A stretch of DNA of 64,000 bases from the NCBI RefSeq assembly GCF_058153355.1, contig NZ_CM177019.1; one strand, 5' to 3'. The notes under the pieces are model-generated. The model made no database searches. It had not been told where the DNA came from and saw only the letters and a program-made list of their open reading frames with translations. A program made the position numbers and the translations under genes. Shown piece after piece: positions 1 through 11,603 of this stretch (its first letter is position 1; each line of letters begins with the position of its first letter).

Positions 1-114
1 TTCGCGGGTGGCAAAAAAGCGCGAAAACTTACTGGTACAGTTGTCGTTATCAATCACCGTACCGATATCAATCGCACATCCTTTAGTACTGCATTTATCT
101 ACGACATCTTTCAT
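1..114 (-). CDS. yiiS: N-terminal part of a small conserved protein (YiiS/DUF406-like); gene continues beyond the window start
   Basis: Minus-strand ATG at 114..112 reads [26 protein letters not shown]... to the window edge; position matches the gene next to yiiR in K-12 synteny. Identity is from memory. Confidence 0.5.
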
Positions 115-325
115 AGGGCACCTCTGTATATTCGCCTCTCTGTCGATTACGACTTAAGAATAATGCGCCGTTAAGGGAAGAACAAACAAGTAATGATCTT
201 ATGGATTACCATTTTTTTTGATATTGCTTAAGGTGAAGAGATCAGAAGGATTTTCCGGGCATTGTCATTTTCAACGTGGAAATAACAAACCCGGAAAAAA
301 ATAGCAGTAAGAGATATATTAAAGG

Positions 326-766
326 TTAATTACTTGATTTATTGTCGGCTTTATACTTCACATCCTCGGTATCTTTACCATATTTATTTTCGCCTTGTGT
401 GCCAACAAACGCACCAAGATCGATAAGCATCATCACCAGAATCAACGTCGGGACAAAACGCCCCACCGCCCATTGCCAGACACCAGGTAAAATCGCCCAG
501 TTACCCGCCAGCAGCATCCACGCCACAATCATCAGAAATGCCCATGCGCCGGAACGCCCGCGATCATGCAAGCGCTTAACGGTTACTGCCGCTGTTGGCC
601 AAAGCAAGCACACAAGGCAAAACGCCGCGGTCTGAATATCGAGTAAATTTTTACCCGCCAGTGAGAAAAGCACCAGCATGCCTGCGAACCACAGGCCTAT
701 CCAAATCCAGAAATCACGGCGTCCAATACGCCCTTTAAATGAAAATAACCATTGCTGTATGGTCAT
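326..766 (-). CDS. yiiR: DUF805-family inner membrane protein
   Basis: 146-aa ORF, hydrophobic multi-pass profile, position between yiiS and yiiQ. Confidence 0.8.
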   Translation of the reverse strand: MTIQQWLFSFKGRIGRRDFWIWIGLWFAGMLVLFSLAGKNLLDIQTAAFCLVCLLWPTAAVTVKRLHDRGRSGAWAFLMIVAWMLLAGNWAILPGVWQWAVGRFVPTLILVMMLIDLGAFVGTQGENKYGKDTEDVKYKADNKSSN

Positions 767-866
767 GTAAGTTCCTTGATGGTTGTCTTTTCCAGGATTC
801 TACCCTTTTGACAAGGGCGACAGATATCGTTTTAATCGGAGCCAGTCATAACAAAAGGTACTGTCA

Positions 867-1466
867 ATGAAGCCAGGGTGTACGCTGTTTTTTCTCTTAT
901 GTTCTGCATTAACCGTTACAACAGCGGCGCATGCACAAACACCAGATACGGCAACAACCGCGCCTTATCTGCTGGCTGGAGCCCCTACTTTCGATCTCTC
1001 CATCAGCCAGTTTCGAGAAGACTTTAACAGCCAGAACCCCAGCCTGCCACTGAACGAATTTCGTGCCATCGACAGCAGTCCCGACAAAGCCAATCTCACT
1101 CGTGCTGCCAGTAAAATTAATGAGAACTTGTATGCTTCTACAGCGCTGGAGCGCGGTACCTTAAAAATCAAAAGCATTCAAATGACCTGGCTACCCATCC
1201 AGGGGCCAGAGCAAAAAGCCGCGAAAGCGAAAGCTCAGGAATACATGGCAGCGGTGATCCGCACACTCACCCCATTAATGACCAAAACACAAAGCCAGAA
1301 AAAACTGCAGTCGCTACTAACGGCGGGGAAAAACAAACGTTATTACACCGAGACCGAAGGTGCACTGCGTTATGTTGTCGCGGACAACGGCGAAAAGGGG
1401 CTGACCTTCGCTGTTGAACCGATTAAGCTGGCGCTATCTGAATCGCTTGAAGGTTTGAATAAATGA
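867..1466 (+). CDS. yiiQ: DUF1454-family secreted/periplasmic protein
   Basis: 199-aa ORF with N-terminal signal peptide (MKPGCTLFFLLCSALTVTTAAHA), directly upstream of tpiA. Confidence 0.8.
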   Translation: MKPGCTLFFLLCSALTVTTAAHAQTPDTATTAPYLLAGAPTFDLSISQFREDFNSQNPSLPLNEFRAIDSSPDKANLTRAASKINENLYASTALERGTLKIKSIQMTWLPIQGPEQKAAKAKAQEYMAAVIRTLTPLMTKTQSQKKLQSLLTAGKNKRYYTETEGALRYVVADNGEKGLTFAVEPIKLALSESLEGLNK

Positions 1467-1573
1467 CAAAAAGCAAAGCCTTTGTGCCGATGAATCTCTA
1501 TACTGTTTCACAGACCTGCTGCCCTGCGGGGCGGCCATCTTCCTTTATTCGCTTATAAGCGTGGAGAATTAAA

Positions 1574-2341
1574 ATGCGACATCCTTTAGTGATGGGTAAC
1601 TGGAAACTGAACGGCAGCCGCCACATGGTTCACGAGCTGGTTTCTAACCTGCGTAAAGAGCTGGCAGGTGTTGCTGGCTGTGCGGTTGCAATCGCACCAC
1701 CGGAAATGTACATCGATATGGCGAAGCGCGAAGCTGAAGGCAGCCACATCATGCTGGGTGCGCAAAACGTGGACCTGAACCTGTCCGGCGCATTCACCGG
1801 TGAAACCTCTGCTGCTATGCTGAAAGACATCGGCGCACAGTACATCATCATCGGCCACTCTGAACGTCGTACTTACCACAAAGAGTCTGACGAACTGATC
1901 GCGAAAAAATTCGCGGTGCTGAAAGAGCAGGGGCTGACTCCGGTTCTGTGCATCGGTGAAACCGAAGCTGAAAACGAAGCGGGCAAAACTGAAGAAGTTT
2001 GTGCACGTCAGATCGACGCGGTACTGAAAACTCAGGGTGCTGCAGCATTCGAAGGTGCGGTAATCGCTTACGAACCAGTATGGGCAATCGGTACTGGCAA
2101 ATCGGCAACTCCGGCGCAGGCACAGGCTGTTCACAAATTCATCCGTGACCACATCGCTAAAGTTGACGCTAACATCGCTGAACAAGTGATCATCCAGTAC
2201 GGCGGCTCTGTAAACGCGTCTAACGCTGCAGAACTGTTTGCTCAGCCAGACATCGACGGCGCGCTGGTTGGCGGTGCTTCTCTGAAAGCTGACGCTTTCG
2301 CAGTGATCGTTAAAGCTGCAGAAGCGGCTAAACAGGCTTAA
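1574..2341 (+). CDS. tpiA: triosephosphate isomerase
   Basis: 255-aa ORF; translation contains the TIM motifs ([26 protein letters not shown]). Confidence 0.97.
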
Positions 2342-2348
2342 GTCTGAC

Positions 2349-2376
2349 AGGTGCCGGATTTCATATCCGGCACTTA
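2349..2376. terminator. rho-independent terminator hairpin after tpiA (palindromic, could act on both strands)
   Basis: Inverted repeat gtgccggat-ttcat-atccggcac followed by a T-rich run. Confidence 0.6.
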
Positions 2377-2395
2377 CTTTCCTTAACTCCTCGCC

Positions 2396-3151
2396 TTAAC
2401 GCAAAATCTCACACTGATGATCCTGGATTTCCTCGGCTGAAGCACGGTTCAGCGTCAGTAGATTTCGTTGTGTCGCCAGCAACACAAACGAATTATCACT
2501 CTGCCGCACCATCGCCAGCCCGTAGCTTCCCATATGTTCCCGCGCCTCAGGCACTTCTTCTGCAAGCATCATAAATGGACTGCGTTGTACCAGTTCGCTT
2601 TCCGTTACCCGACGCGCCAGATATTCATGCCCGCGCAAGCCACCTGGCAGCGGCAACCAGCGACTGCTGATGTTCGCCAGATTATTATCCAGCTGTTCGC
2701 GCACATCAGGGCGAATACAAGAGATATGAATATGAAAATGGTTTTGCGTACGTCCGGTGCGGGAGTTAATCGCTAAAGAAACCGCGCGATCGGGAACCGG
2801 CTGCCCATATTTTTTACTCATAAAATCACGCGCCTGCCAGGCCAACCAAAAAAAGTTAGGCGTAGAAGGATCGGTCAACAAAGGGCTTTCAGTACCGTTA
2901 ATACGATACGTTGGCATCAACAGATATTGCAGTGGACCATTGAGGTCTTTTAAAACCACATATCCGGCATTGGGTTTGACTTCCGCACATGGCGAAGGAT
3001 TTTGATTTTGCTGCTGATTGGGTAAACATTCCTCAAGGACAATCTTACGTAATGTATCCGACTCTTCGCCGGTTAATTTCCAGTAACCAATACCAGCAGC
3101 CACAACGGCGATAACTATCATCACCAAAAAAAGAAGACCCGCTTTTTTCAT
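2396..3151 (-). CDS. cdh: CDP-diacylglycerol pyrophosphatase
   Basis: The longer ORF is 2396..3343. Start is placed at the internal ATG (3151..3149) that begins a membrane-anchor N-terminus ([24 protein letters not shown]), giving 251 aa. Confidence 0.85.
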   Translation of the reverse strand: MKKAGLLFLVMIVIAVVAAGIGYWKLTGEESDTLRKIVLEECLPNQQQNQNPSPCAEVKPNAGYVVLKDLNGPLQYLLMPTYRINGTESPLLTDPSTPNFFWLAWQARDFMSKKYGQPVPDRAVSLAINSRTGRTQNHFHIHISCIRPDVREQLDNNLANISSRWLPLPGGLRGHEYLARRVTESELVQRSPFMMLAEEVPEAREHMGSYGLAMVRQSDNSFVLLATQRNLLTLNRASAEEIQDHQCEILR

Positions 3152-3202
3152 CTTTTTTTCCCTGTACCTCAAAGAGATGCAAGGGTAACGCAAAATCGTG
3201 AC

Positions 3203-3245
3203 AAATAAAAAACCCGGTCGCGAGAAACCACCGGGGTTGATAATT
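3203..3245 (-). terminator. likely rho-independent terminator of sbp
   Basis: Minus-strand hairpin (ccccggtggtttctcgcgaccggg) followed by TTTTTTATTT. Confidence 0.5.
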
Positions 3246-3257
3246 ATCCTGGGGAAA

Positions 3258-4247
3258 TCAGCGTTTGCTGATCTGATCGAACGTACCGCCGTTAGCAAAA
3301 TGCTCTTTTTGCGCTTTCGTCCAGCCGCCGAACTCTTCATCAATGGTGAATAACTTCAATTTTGGAAACGCATTTTCGTACTTTTTCGCTACCTCAGCGT
3401 CGCGCGGACGGTAGTAGTTTTTCGCGGCAATTTCCTGACCTTCTGGCGAGTAGAGATATTTCAGGTAGGCTTCCGCCACCTCTTTAGTACCTTTTTTCTC
3501 AACCACTTTATCGACCACCGACACGGTTGGCTCTGCGAGGATAGACTCACTCGGCGTGACGATTTCGAATTTATCTTTCCCCAGTTCATTCGCTGCCAGC
3601 AGAGCTTCGTTTTCCCAGGCAATCAGTACATCGCCAATTCCGCGCTCGACAAAAGTGTTAGTGGAGCCGCGCGCGCCAGAATCCAGAACTTCGACGTTTT
3701 TATACAGTGCCCGAACAAAATCCTGCGCTTTTGCCTGATCGTTGTTGTTGTGGTGCAGCGCGTAGCCCCAGGCAGCCAGGTAGTTCCAGCGCGCGCCACC
3801 AGAGCTTTTCGGATTAGGCGTGATCACCGAAACACCCGGTTTAATCAGATCGTTCCAGTCATGGATCTGCTTCGGATTGCCCTTACGTACCAGGAAAACA
3901 ATGGTGGAAGTGTACGGTGCGGAGTTATCCGGCAGACGTTTGATCCACTCTTTATCAATCCGCCCGCGTTCCGCAATTGCGTCCACGTCATAGGCCAGAG
4001 CCAGAGTGACAACATCAGCTTCAATACCATTGATTACCGACGTCGCTTGTTTGCCTGAACCACCGTGTGACTGACGAATCACCACGTTATCGCCAGTTTG
4101 CTGTTTCCAGTGGGCGCTGAATGCCTTGTTGTACTGTTCGTACAATTCGCGCGTTGGATCATATGAAACGTTAAGAAGCTGAATATCCTTTGCCATAACG
4201 CTGGTTGCCGCCAGCAAAAATGTTAACCCTACGCCCCACTTGTTCAT
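3258..4247 (-). CDS. sbp: periplasmic sulfate-binding protein
   Basis: 329-aa ORF with signal peptide; sequence recognised as Sbp. Confidence 0.92.
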
Positions 4248-4407
4248 CGCCCGACTCTCTTATGTTGTGTTGTGATGAGCAAAGCGTGCCAGAAGGTTAA
4301 CCAAACATTAAAGAATAAAAAAAGATTGGCTATAACTTGCGGGTATATGTTGGGGGATTAAAAAGGCGGAAGAAATCCGCCTCATATTGCTGATAAAGTG
4401 CGCTTTG

Positions 4408-4512
4408 TCCATGCCATATGCGGCGCGAACGCCTTATACGGCCTACAAAAGTTTGCAAATTCAATAAATTGCAGAATTCATGTAGGCCTGATAAGCGAAG
4501 CGCATCAGGCAT
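4408..4512. repeat. REP/BIME-type extragenic palindromes
   Basis: Motifs such as gcggcgcgaacgccttatacggcctac and gtaggcctgataagcgaagcgcatcaggc match the E. coli REP consensus. Confidence 0.75.
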
Positions 4513-4566
4513 TTTTGCTTCTGTCATCGGTTTCAGGCTAAAGGAATCTGCCTTTTTCCGAAATCA

Positions 4567-5529
4567 TTAATACAGTTTTTTCGCGCAGTCCAGCCAGTCG
4601 CCTTTGAACGGACGCTTCATGTTTTCGATAGCGTCGATGATGTCGTGGTGAACCAGCTGTTCGTTCTGGATACCTACACAACGACCGCCGTAACCTGCCA
4701 GCAGCAGTTCAATGGCGTAAGCACCCATACGGGAAGCCAGAATACGGTCGTAAGGCACCGGAGAACCACCACGCTGAATGTGGCCCAACACAGTTGCACG
4801 GGTTTCACGACCAGTTTCTTTCTCGATGAAATGCGCCAGTTCGTCAACATCACACATATGTTCGGTAATCGCCACGATCGCGTGTTTTTTACCTTTCGCG
4901 ATACCCGCTTTGATTTCGTTTACCAGGTCTTCACGGCTGAATTCAACTTCCGGAACTACAACGAATTCACAGCCACCGGCAATGGCCGCAGCCAGGGTCA
5001 GATCGCCACAATAACGACCCATCACTTCCACCACGGAAATACGCTGGTGAGAAGAAGAGGTGTCACGCAGACGGTCGATCGCTTCTACAACGGTGCTCAG
5101 CGCAGTGAAGAAACCGATAGTGTAGTCAGTGCCTTTGATGTCGTTGTCGATAGTGCCCGGCAGGCCGATGCACGGGAAGCCCATTTCGGTCAGACGCATT
5201 GCACCCATGTAGGAACCGTCACCGCCGATAACCACCAGCGCGTCGATACCACGTTTTTTCAGGTTTTCGATAGCCACGGCGCGGATGTTCTCGTCGCGGA
5301 ATTCCGGGAAACGCGCAGAACCGAGGAACGTACCGCCACGGTTGATCATGTCAGACACGCTGTAACGGTCTAGCTGTACCATACGGTCTTCATACAGACC
5401 CAGATAGCCGTCATAAATACCCATTACTTCCAGACCTTCTGTCAGCGCAGAACGAACAACCCCGCGAATTGCGGCGTTCATGCCTGGCGCATCACCGCCG
5501 CTTGTCAACACACCGATTTTCTTAATCAT
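4567..5529 (-). CDS. pfkA: 6-phosphofructokinase I
   Basis: Start at internal ATG (5529..5527) giving 320 aa beginning [23 protein letters not shown]; the longer ORF extension is not used. Confidence 0.95.
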   Translation of the reverse strand: MIKKIGVLTSGGDAPGMNAAIRGVVRSALTEGLEVMGIYDGYLGLYEDRMVQLDRYSVSDMINRGGTFLGSARFPEFRDENIRAVAIENLKKRGIDALVVIGGDGSYMGAMRLTEMGFPCIGLPGTIDNDIKGTDYTIGFFTALSTVVEAIDRLRDTSSSHQRISVVEVMGRYCGDLTLAAAIAGGCEFVVVPEVEFSREDLVNEIKAGIAKGKKHAIVAITEHMCDVDELAHFIEKETGRETRATVLGHIQRGGSPVPYDRILASRMGAYAIELLLAGYGGRCVGIQNEQLVHHDIIDAIENMKRPFKGDWLDCAKKLY

Positions 5530-5709
5530 GACTACCTCTGAACTTTGGAATGCAAAATGAAATCTGTTGCCGGAAGTCTTCTTGCACATCGAAGTGATCC
5601 AACGAATGTGCAAATAGTATAACAATCACTTCCTGCTGAATTGATTCAGGTCAGGCCAAATGGCGGTATTTTATACACAAAATGCGGGTCTGGCTCTCTT
5701 TTATACTGA

Positions 5710-6612
5710 TTATGAAAGCATAGACCGTTTACCCTCCCTGGGTACGACGGAACAGGGGTCCTGATGGATAATCACATCCGATCCCGGAAAACGCCGTAAA
5801 ATAGCCTGCTCTACCTGATCCGCCACCATATGTGCCTGAACCAAAGGCAGAGAGTCTTCCATTTCCAAATGAATCTGAATAAAGCGGGTCGGCCCTGACT
5901 GCCGCGTGCGAAGATCGTGAGCGCCGCTAACACCCGGCCAGGAAGTCACGATATCAATAATTTCTTGCCGTTCCTCATCAGGTAATGCGCGATCCAGTAA
6001 TGACTGTACCGCCTCATATCCCATGCGTAACGCGCTATATAAAATATAGATGCCAATTCCCAATGCAAACAGAGCATCGGCGCGATGCCAGCCGTACCAG
6101 GACAACCCCAGCGCCAGCAGAATTGCGCCGTTCATCATAACATCAGACTGGTAATGTAGCATATCAGCCCGCACCGCCTGGCTTTGCGTCCGGCGCACCA
6201 CCCACCGCTGAAACGAGACAAGGATAATCGTACAAATTAGCGCCACAATTGTCACGATAACCCCGACGCCTGGATCTGTCATCGGTGTTGGAGATACCAG
6301 ATGTTGAATACCCGTCAAAAACAGGAATAGTGCCGAACCGGAGATAAACATACTTTGCGCCAGCGCCGCGAGGGACTCAGCTTTACCGTGACCAAACGAG
6401 TGATTATCGTCGGCAGGTTGCAGGGAATATCGCACCACCAGTAAATTCGTCAACGACGCGCCGATATCCACCAGCGAATCCACCAGCGCGGCGAGAATAC
6501 TCACCGACCCGGTATACCACCATGCAAAAATTTTAATCAGCAATAGCAGCGAAGCCATCGCCGTTGCAGCAATCGCCGCCCGACTGACCAGCCGTCCATA
6601 AGATTGATTCAT
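5710..6612 (-). CDS. fieF: cation-diffusion-facilitator Zn/Fe efflux transporter
   Basis: 300 aa from internal ATG ([15 protein letters not shown]...); multi-pass membrane N-terminus plus cytoplasmic C-terminal domain. Confidence 0.9.
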   Translation of the reverse strand: MNQSYGRLVSRAAIAATAMASLLLLIKIFAWWYTGSVSILAALVDSLVDIGASLTNLLVVRYSLQPADDNHSFGHGKAESLAALAQSMFISGSALFLFLTGIQHLVSPTPMTDPGVGVIVTIVALICTIILVSFQRWVVRRTQSQAVRADMLHYQSDVMMNGAILLALGLSWYGWHRADALFALGIGIYILYSALRMGYEAVQSLLDRALPDEERQEIIDIVTSWPGVSGAHDLRTRQSGPTRFIQIHLEMEDSLPLVQAHMVADQVEQAILRRFPGSDVIIHQDPCSVVPREGKRSMLS

Positions 6613-6692
6613 AAATACTCCCGCTATCAACTGACGGTAGTATAACGGAAGCAAATCATCTGCAATGCATTAAGCAGTAGGCAAATTGAGGA

Positions 6693-6760
6693 TAAAAAAA
6701 AACCCCACATCATGTGGGGGAAGACAGGGATGGTGTCTATGGCAAGGAAAACAGGGTTTA
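6693..6760 (-). ncRNA. cpxQ: probable CpxQ sRNA (3' end-derived from cpxP mRNA) ending at the cpxP terminator
   Basis: Minus-strand GC hairpin (cccccacatgatgtgggg, 6703..6720) followed by a U-tract directly downstream of the cpxP stop. The sRNA assignment is established knowledge mapped by position. Confidence 0.45.
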
Positions 6761-7261
6761 CTACTGGGAACGTGAGTTGCTACTACTCAATAGCTTCAAC
6801 GATGAACTTTTTTGCCATTGCGTCACGTCGCGCAACTGCTCCATTCGTTGTTGATGTTTCTCGTTTAAAACCGCTTGCTGCTCCGGCGTTAACAGGCGAT
6901 ACATTTGGTTGCGGACTTTTGCCATCTCAACCTGACGAGCAATTTGCTCATTCGCCATTTTTTCTGCCTGTGCGCGCACAGCGTTTTCATCAAAATTTTC
7001 TGCGGTGACAAGGCGATGCATTGTCTCCAGTTCGCTAACATTAACAGGAGGCTGTTCGTGCCGGGCCTGTTGCATAAGATCTCGCATCTGCTGACGCTGA
7101 TGTTCGGTTAAACTTATGCCGTCGAACATATGGCTCTGCGTACTGCGCTGCGTAAGTTCTTCACCCGGATGCCAGTTATCGCCTGAACCGACTTCAGCAG
7201 CGTGGCTTAATGAACTGACTGCCAGCGTTGAGGCCATGACGGCAGCGGTAACTATGCGCAT
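6761..7261 (-). CDS. cpxP: periplasmic Cpx pathway inhibitor/adaptor
   Basis: 166 aa with signal peptide, divergent from cpxRA. Confidence 0.92.
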
Positions 7262-7340
7262 CATTTGCTCCCAAAATCTTTCTGTCGCGATTCAACGATA
7301 GAGAGTTTACGATTCAGGCTGCAAACATGCGTCAGGGGGT

Positions 7341-7355
7341 GTAAAACAACGTAAA
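7341..7355. promoter_or_regulatory. CpxR box in the cpxP-cpxRA divergent promoter region
   Basis: GTAAA-ACAAC-GTAAA matches the CpxR consensus GTAAA(N5)GTAAA. Confidence 0.7.
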
Positions 7356-7410
7356 GTCATGGATTAGCGACGTCTGATGACGTAATTTCTGCCTCGGAGG
7401 TATTTAAACA

Positions 7411-8109
7411 ATGAATAAAATCCTGTTAGTTGATGATGACCGAGAGCTGACTTCCCTGTTAAAGGAGCTGCTCGAGATGGAAGGCTTCAACGTGATTGTT
7501 GCCCACGATGGGGAGCAGGCGCTTGATCTTCTGGACGACAGCATTGATTTACTTTTGCTTGATGTCATGATGCCGAAGAAAAATGGTATCGACACATTAA
7601 AAGCACTTCGCCAGACACACCAGACGCCTGTCATTATGTTGACGGCGCGCGGCAGTGAACTTGATCGCGTTCTCGGCCTTGAGCTGGGCGCAGATGACTA
7701 TCTCCCGAAACCGTTTAATGATCGTGAGCTGGTGGCACGTATTCGCGCGATCCTGCGCCGTTCGCACTGGAGCGAGCAACAGCAAAACAACGACAACGGT
7801 TCACCGACACTGGAAGTTGATGCCTTAGTGCTGAATCCAGGCCGTCAGGAAGCCAGCTTCGACGGGCAAACGCTGGAGTTAACCGGCACTGAGTTTACCC
7901 TGCTCTATTTGCTGGCACAGCATCTGGGTCAGGTGGTTTCCCGTGAGCATTTAAGCCAGGAAGTGCTGGGCAAACGCCTGACGCCTTTCGACCGCGCTAT
8001 CGATATGCACATTTCCAACCTGCGTCGTAAACTGCCGGATCGTAAAGATGGTCACCCGTGGTTTAAAACCTTGCGTGGTCGCGGCTATCTGATGGTTTCT
8101 GCTTCATGA
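7411..8109 (+). CDS. cpxR: OmpR-family response regulator
   Basis: 232 aa; receiver domain and winged-helix C-terminus. Confidence 0.95.
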   Translation: MNKILLVDDDRELTSLLKELLEMEGFNVIVAHDGEQALDLLDDSIDLLLLDVMMPKKNGIDTLKALRQTHQTPVIMLTARGSELDRVLGLELGADDYLPKPFNDRELVARIRAILRRSHWSEQQQNNDNGSPTLEVDALVLNPGRQEASFDGQTLELTGTEFTLLYLLAQHLGQVVSREHLSQEVLGKRLTPFDRAIDMHISNLRRKLPDRKDGHPWFKTLRGRGYLMVSAS

Positions 8110-9479
8110 TAGGCAGCTTAACCGCGCGCATCTTCGCCATCTTCTGGCTGACGCTGGCGCTGGTGTTGATGTTGGTTTTGATGTTACCCAAGCTCGATTC
8201 ACGCCAGATGACCGAGCTTCTGGATAGCGAACAGCGTCAGGGGCTGATGATTGAGCAGCATGTCGAAGCGGAACTGGCGAACGATCCGCCCAACGATTTA
8301 ATGTGGTGGCGGCGTCTGTTCCGGGCGATTGATAAGTGGGCACCGCCAGGACAGCGTTTGTTATTGGTGACCACCGAGGGCCGCGTGATCGGCGCTGAAC
8401 GCAGCGAAATGCAGATCATTCGTAACTTTATTGGTCAGGCCGATAACGCCGATCACCCGCAAAAGAAAAAGTATGGCCGCGTGGAACTGGTCGGTCCGTT
8501 CTCCGTGCGTGATGGCGAAGATAATTACCAACTGTATCTGATTCGTCCGGCCAGCAGTTCTCAATCCGATTTCATTAACTTACTGTTTGACCGCCCGCTA
8601 TTACTGCTGATTGTGACTATGTTGGTCAGTACACCGTTGCTGTTGTGGTTGGCCTGGAGTCTGGCAAAACCGGCGCGTAAGCTGAAAAACGCTGCCGATG
8701 AAGTTGCCCAGGGGAACTTACGCCAGCATCCGGAACTGGAAGCGGGGCCACAGGAATTTCTTGCCGCTGGTGCCAGTTTTAACCAGATGGTGACCGCGCT
8801 GGAGCGCATGATGACCTCCCAGCAGCGCCTCCTTTCTGATATCTCTCACGAACTGCGCACGCCACTGACGCGCCTGCAACTGGGTACGGCGTTATTGCGC
8901 CGTCGTAGTGGTGAAAGCAAGGAACTGGAGCGTATTGAAACCGAAGCCCAGCGTCTGGACAGCATGATCAACGACCTGTTGGTGATGTCACGTAATCAGC
9001 AGAAAAACGCGCTGGTGAGCGAGACATTGAAAGCTAACCAGTTGTGGGGTGAAGTGCTGGATAACGCGGCGTTCGAAGCGGAACAAATGGGCAAGTCGTT
9101 TACGGTTAACTTCCCGCCTGGGCCGTGGCCTCTGTATGGCAACCCGAACGCTCTGGAAAGTGCGCTGGAAAACATTGTTCGTAATGCCCTGCGTTATTCC
9201 CATACGAAGATTGAGGTGGGCTTTGCGGTAGATAAAGATGGTATCACCATTACGGTGGACGACGATGGTCCTGGCGTTAGCCCGGAAGATCGCGAGCAGA
9301 TTTTCCGTCCGTTCTATCGCACCGATGAAGCGCGCGATCGTGAATCTGGCGGTACGGGCTTAGGGCTGGCGATTGTCGAAACAGCTATCCAGCAGCACCG
9401 TGGTTGGGTGAAGGCAGAAGACAGCCCGCTGGGCGGTTTGCGGCTGGTGATTTGGCTGCCGCTGTATAAGCGGAGTTAA
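8106..9479 (+). CDS. cpxA: envelope-stress sensor histidine kinase
   Basis: 457 aa; start overlaps the cpxR stop (ATGA); H-box SHELRTPLT and ATP-binding motifs. Confidence 0.95.
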   Translation: MIGSLTARIFAIFWLTLALVLMLVLMLPKLDSRQMTELLDSEQRQGLMIEQHVEAELANDPPNDLMWWRRLFRAIDKWAPPGQRLLLVTTEGRVIGAERSEMQIIRNFIGQADNADHPQKKKYGRVELVGPFSVRDGEDNYQLYLIRPASSSQSDFINLLFDRPLLLLIVTMLVSTPLLLWLAWSLAKPARKLKNAADEVAQGNLRQHPELEAGPQEFLAAGASFNQMVTALERMMTSQQRLLSDISHELRTPLTRLQLGTALLRRRSGESKELERIETEAQRLDSMINDLLVMSRNQQKNALVSETLKANQLWGEVLDNAAFEAEQMGKSFTVNFPPGPWPLYGNPNALESALENIVRNALRYSHTKIEVGFAVDKDGITITVDDDGPGVSPEDREQIFRPFYRTDEARDRESGGTGLGLAIVETAIQQHRGWVKAEDSPLGGLRLVIWLPLYKRS

Positions 9480-9486
9480 ACTCCGC

Positions 9487-9577
<91 letters not shown>

Positions 9578-9584
9578 CCGGGGG

Positions 9585-10259
9585 TTATTTTCCCCACAAC
9601 CGGCGGGAAAAATCTTCGATCTTGCCGCTCAGTCGGCGCTTCTGCATCGTTCGCGTCCAGCTTTTCGATAGTCCGGCTGCGGAAAGCAAACGGTGATACT
9701 GCTCATCATCAAACGGCATATGCCATGCGATGGCGGCAGCCTCCTGCACGGTCACATCACTGACACGGGAAACCAACTCCAGCGGCGCATCAGCAGATAC
9801 CAACCCTGGCGCAATCACGCTATACAACCACCCCACTTTACCCGTGTTTTGCATCAACTGCGCTATATCGCTGATATCAAAATGGTAATTGAGTTTATAG
9901 CAAGGGGAGCGTGGCTGGCTGACCTGAATTAATGCCTCTCCCCAGCGGAAAATATCGCCAATATAAACATTACTTTCCGTCAGACCGTCGGTTGAGAGAT
10001 TTTCGCCAAACGCAGGCGCAACAAACAACTCCGCCTGTTCCGGAAATTCCCGCGCCCAGTAGAGATAGTGCTCACGAGGATAATGACACAGCGCTCTGTC
10101 TGGCCCGCCGTGAACCTTCTTCTCCGCCTGCTCGTCACCTTCCAGCCCCAGCTCCGTCAGCATCAACTCACCATCAACCTGGATTTTGGCAATTGCGCTG
10201 GGTTTGCCTTCGGGATAAGCCTGAATCTTGCCCGTGTATACATCAACCGGATATCGCAT
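9585..10259 (-). CDS. yiiM: MOSC-domain protein (6-N-hydroxylaminopurine resistance)
   Basis: 224 aa from internal ATG (MRYPVDVYTGKIQAY...). Confidence 0.85.
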   Translation of the reverse strand: MRYPVDVYTGKIQAYPEGKPSAIAKIQVDGELMLTELGLEGDEQAEKKVHGGPDRALCHYPREHYLYWAREFPEQAELFVAPAFGENLSTDGLTESNVYIGDIFRWGEALIQVSQPRSPCYKLNYHFDISDIAQLMQNTGKVGWLYSVIAPGLVSADAPLELVSRVSDVTVQEAAAIAWHMPFDDEQYHRLLSAAGLSKSWTRTMQKRRLSGKIEDFSRRLWGK

Positions 10260-10407
10260 CTGTTCCCTCTCCACGAGAAATTTCCCCATTAGACCATATT
10301 TATTTTATGTCAGGCGTGCTGTTTTCGCGGTATGTATCCAGGCAGGAGCTCAATCGCAAACCGGACGAACGTTAGTTCATCCGGCTGTGGGGATTAAGGA
10401 AGCAGGT

Positions 10408-11391
10408 TTATTTTACCGTGCCTAAAATTTCGATTTTCGCCACTCTGGCTTTGACTTTACGTGACCAGATAGAGGTAAGAATTGGCACCAGAATCGAAGT
10501 CACAATGACCGCCGTCGCGACCAGCGAAGTTGCTGCCGGAGCCATCGGTTTAAACGCAGGCACCATTTCAGCAATCAGCACAGGTGTCGCTACCGCGGCC
10601 CCTGCCGAACTGGAAGCGGCAATTCCGGCAGTGCCATCGCCACCGCCAATCAATTTATCGGCGATAATCAACGGAATACCGGTCACGATAATTACTGCCA
10701 CACCCAACAGGATCCCCAGCAAACCTGTCTGGGCAATTACAGTCAAATCAATGGTATTGCCCAGCGCGAAGGCAAAGAATGGAATCAGCGTCTGCACCGC
10801 TTTGCTGAAAAATTCTCGTAATTCAGGGTCAAGGTTCCCAAGGGCAAAGCCCACCAGGAACGGTAATACTGCGCCGACGAAAACATGCGGTTCAAACGAG
10901 GCAATCCCGGCAGTGCCCAGAATAATCATCGTCATGAGCGGCCCGGACTCCAATGACATCAACACAAATGCCCCAGCTTCTTCTTTCGTACCGTACTGCT
11001 GCATGATGGAAGCGTAAAGTCCGCCGTTGGTCATATCCATCGCCGCCACCAGCGCCAGCGTTGAAAGTCCGGCAAAGAATCCAACTTCAACACCATGTTC
11101 CGGAATAATGCGCGAGGCAATTGCCGCAACCACCCACGCGACGGCAATTTTTGTTACCACCAGCGTACCGGATTTACGCAATACCGTTCCCGTCGCGCTT
11201 AATTTTATTGACGCCCCCATGCAAAAAAACCACACCGCCAGAATGGGCACCGTACCGGTAATCATCCCGTTGGTGAATGATCCAAAATATTTCCCCGCCC
11301 CCGGCGAGAAGGTGTGGCACAGTGCGCCAAGGAATAGCGGGACGAGCATCATCCCCCCCGGGATTTTCTCAATCGAGCGTTTTATCTGCAT
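10408..11391 (-). CDS. kdgT: 2-keto-3-deoxygluconate permease
   Basis: 327 aa polytopic membrane protein starting [13 protein letters not shown]. Confidence 0.9.
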   Translation of the reverse strand: MQIKRSIEKIPGGMMLVPLFLGALCHTFSPGAGKYFGSFTNGMITGTVPILAVWFFCMGASIKLSATGTVLRKSGTLVVTKIAVAWVVAAIASRIIPEHGVEVGFFAGLSTLALVAAMDMTNGGLYASIMQQYGTKEEAGAFVLMSLESGPLMTMIILGTAGIASFEPHVFVGAVLPFLVGFALGNLDPELREFFSKAVQTLIPFFAFALGNTIDLTVIAQTGLLGILLGVAVIIVTGIPLIIADKLIGGGDGTAGIAASSSAGAAVATPVLIAEMVPAFKPMAPAATSLVATAVIVTSILVPILTSIWSRKVKARVAKIEILGTVK

Positions 11392-11510
11392 TTCCATCAC
11401 CTGTCGGCATATTTTTAAGGGCTGATGCGTAATTCCTCAACGGAGCATCAGTGTTGATGAAAACGAAGATAGACATTCATTTAATCAATAAAAGTGATCA
11501 AAACCACATC

Positions 11511-11530
11511 AATTGAAACACTGTTTTATT
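11511..11530. promoter_or_regulatory. candidate KdgR operator upstream of kdgT
   Basis: aattgaaacactgttttatt resembles the KdgR palindrome (TGAAACA..TGTTTCA-like); about 120 bp upstream of the kdgT start. Confidence 0.45.
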
Positions 11531-11576
11531 TTTATCGGATCATTGTTTTTATTTTGAAATTGATCACAAAAAAACC

Positions 11577-11603
11577 ACCGCCGTTGGCGATGGTTCATTT
11601 TTT
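11577..11603 (-). terminator. sodA rho-independent terminator
   Basis: Minus-strand hairpin ccatcgccaacggcggtgg followed by TTTTTTT. Confidence 0.65.

Noticed and set aside
1586-2185. 199-aa minus-strand ORF (and two smaller ones) inside tpiA
   Set aside because: Entirely antisense to the well-supported tpiA frame; no independent start signals.
2396-3343. Long 315-aa version of the cdh ORF
   Set aside because: The upstream extension overlaps the sbp 3' region and lacks a membrane-anchor N-terminus; the internal ATG at 3151 gives the expected lipid-enzyme N-terminus.
4645-5373. 242-aa plus-strand ORF inside pfkA
   Set aside because: Antisense to pfkA; Thr/Val-rich translation is a shadow of the coding strand.
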